Under the pieces are notes generated by a model. That model searched no databases, was not told the DNA's origin, and saw only the letters and a program-made list of their open reading frames with translations. The translations under genes were made by a program, and so were the position numbers. From Candidatus Omnitrophota bacterium (GTDB taxonomy: Bacteria; Omnitrophota; Gorgyraeia; Zapsychrales; Zapsychraceae): a stretch of DNA of 64,000 nucleotides. The DNA lies in assembly GCA_003528115.1 (NCBI GenBank), contig DOGZ01000014.1, positions 282,689 to 346,688 on the forward strand. The letters run 5' to 3'. Each line of letters begins with the position of its first letter. Position 1 is the stretch's first letter. This document shows, piece by piece, positions 62,082 to 64,000 of this stretch.

Positions 62082-62891
62082 ATGTTATTAGCCATTGACA
62101 TAGGAAATACAACAATTTCTTTGGGTGTTTTAAAAAAGAATAAAATGATTGACGTTTATAATATTAAGACGGCTTCCCCCCGTCAAGAATTGGCGCGTGA
62201 TTTGAATGGTTTTCTTTTTAAGATAAAAAAAAATTATCCTGATTTGCGAAGCATTATTATCTGCAGTGTTGTTCCTAAAGTTACAAAAATAGTTCAGCCA
62301 TACCTGAAAAAGTGTCTTGATATTAACCCCGTCGTTGTAGGTCAGGATATTATTGTCCCCATCAAAAATAATTACCATGATCCGCGGCAGGTCGGCCAGG
62401 ATCGACTGGTTTGCGCCTTTGCCGTGAAATGTTTTTATGGGGTTCCGGCGATCGTTATTGATTTCGGGACGGCCACTACCCTTGACGTTGTTTCCGGTAA
62501 AGGAGAATATGAGGGAGGGATGATTGTTCCCGGAATTCAGTTATCGGTGGAATCGTTATTTCAAAAAACGGCTTTATTGCCAAGAATAGACATGATAAAA
62601 CCTCCGCGCGGCCTCATTGGGAAAAACACCCAGGAAAGTATATTAAGCGGGATATTTTACGGATACGGCATGATGTGTTCCGGGTTGATCGATTTATTGA
62701 GGAAGCAAACATATGGAAATCCGCGGGATAAGTCCTTGAGTGAGGCAAAAGTTTTTGTCACTGGCGGGTATGCGTCTCTCATGAAAAGATTTATCTTCCA
62801 TAAAGTCGATAAAGTTGATCCGCATCTTGTTTTTAAAGGATTGTATTTATTGCATAAGGAAATAGGTGACACCGCATTCCCTCAATTTTAA
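62082..62891 (+). CDS. coaX: Type III pantothenate kinase
   Basis: IDIGNT, VGQDR, IDFGTATT, GG.I.PG, TGG. Confidence 0.95.
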   Translation: MLLAIDIGNTTISLGVLKKNKMIDVYNIKTASPRQELARDLNGFLFKIKKNYPDLRSIIICSVVPKVTKIVQPYLKKCLDINPVVVGQDIIVPIKNNYHDPRQVGQDRLVCAFAVKCFYGVPAIVIDFGTATTLDVVSGKGEYEGGMIVPGIQLSVESLFQKTALLPRIDMIKPPRGLIGKNTQESILSGIFYGYGMMCSGLIDLLRKQTYGNPRDKSLSEAKVFVTGGYASLMKRFIFHKVDKVDPHLVFKGLYLLHKEIGDTAFPQF

Positions 62892-62988
62892 GAATATTTA
62901 TCATTTTGAGTCTAAAGGCTTCTGGCTATCTGCATGTAATCGCCTGTCAAAGTGTCAACGAGAATAATGCTGGGTTTTAAAAAACCTC

Positions 62989-63016
62989 TTGACAAAAACA
63001 TTAATTTTGTTAGATT
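62989..63016 (+). promoter_or_regulatory. sigma70 promoter of groESL
   Basis: TTGACA, 16 nt, TAGATT with extended TG; overlaps CIRCE. Confidence 0.7.
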
Positions 63017-63041
63017 AGCACTCTATTTTGATAAGTGCTAA
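63015..63041 (+). promoter_or_regulatory. CIRCE element (HrcA operator)
   Basis: TTAGCACTC-N9-AAGTGCTAA, one mismatch to consensus, upstream of groES. Confidence 0.93.
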
Positions 63042-63090
63042 TTTATTTCTTGAGAAAAACCATATTAAAATTTAAGAAGGAGGTGCTGAA

Positions 63091-63381
63091 GTGGGAATCA
63101 AACCGTTAGCAGACAGAATACTTGTTAGGCCGTTAGAGGCTGAAGAGAAAACAAAAGGCGGAATTTTACTGCCTGATACAGCTAAAGAAAAACCACAGGA
63201 AGGGAAAGTGGTAGCGGTAGGTAAGGGAAAAGTTTTGGAAAATGGAAATGTTCAAGCCATTGAGATCAAGGTGGGTGACCGCGTTCTTTATGGAAAGTAT
63301 AGCGGCACAGAGGTGACAACTAAGGACGGCGAGCAGCTTCTCATTATGCGCGAAGAAGACGTCTTTGCTGTTATAGAGTAG
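63091..63381 (+). CDS. groES: Co-chaperonin GroES
   Basis: [29 protein letters not shown]; GTG after AAGGAGGT. Confidence 0.98.
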   Translation: MGIKPLADRILVRPLEAEEKTKGGILLPDTAKEKPQEGKVVAVGKGKVLENGNVQAIEIKVGDRVLYGKYSGTEVTTKDGEQLLIMREEDVFAVIE

Positions 63382-63464
63382 TATGCGGTCTTTTCAATAA
63401 AGTCAGAAAGTTGGTTAATTTTAAAATGAGTTTCTGCATAAAGATTTCAATTTATCAAAAGTGA

Positions 63465-64000
<536 letters not shown>

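Noticed and set aside
484-62872. Many 60-150 aa antisense or alternate-frame ORFs in the track (e.g. 484-882, 1498-1893, 29322-29753, 36744-37202, 42969-43367)
   Set aside because: They lie over well-conserved genes and have no recognisable motifs; they are shadow ORFs.

Overview
This window is 64 kb of bacterial chromosomal core (genetic code 11, AT-rich), with almost all genes on the + strand. Positions 1-29.5 kb hold an uninterrupted ribosomal supercluster: rplK-rplA-rplJ-rplL-rpoBC, then the str, S10, spc and alpha operons. rpmD is absent from its usual place and rpsL starts inside rpoC. The remainder holds aspC, pilT, a lipB/lipoyl-domain/glycolipid cluster, aroQ-pepP-efp-accB-accC-asp23-amaP, a PfkA-family gene with gmhA and rfaE2, a split thiE, and tRNA-Gly(CCC). 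After the tRNA come a tightly overlapping nlpD-ATPase-phosphoesterase-HIT-dgt-HD-GYP-SPOR-small basic protein run, aroB, exeA/gspB divergent from two PilZ genes, uvrB, coaX and CIRCE-groES-groEL (partial). The PVC-signature small basic protein and the gene style suggest a PVC-group organism, probably Ca. Omnitrophota; this is inference. I saw no mobile element, CRISPR array or rRNA. The best candidates for new biology are: (1) a PfkA homologue that has lost phosphoryl-transfer residues and sits where a heptose kinase might be expected; (2) a stand-alone lipoyl carrier plus LipB coupled to glycolipid genes; (3) a coupled nucleotide-hydrolase/cell-envelope operon ending in a SPOR protein with a clamp-binding-like motif; (4) an unannotated Zn-finger microprotein between two PilZ genes. 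All family calls come from motif recognition by eye; no database search was run.
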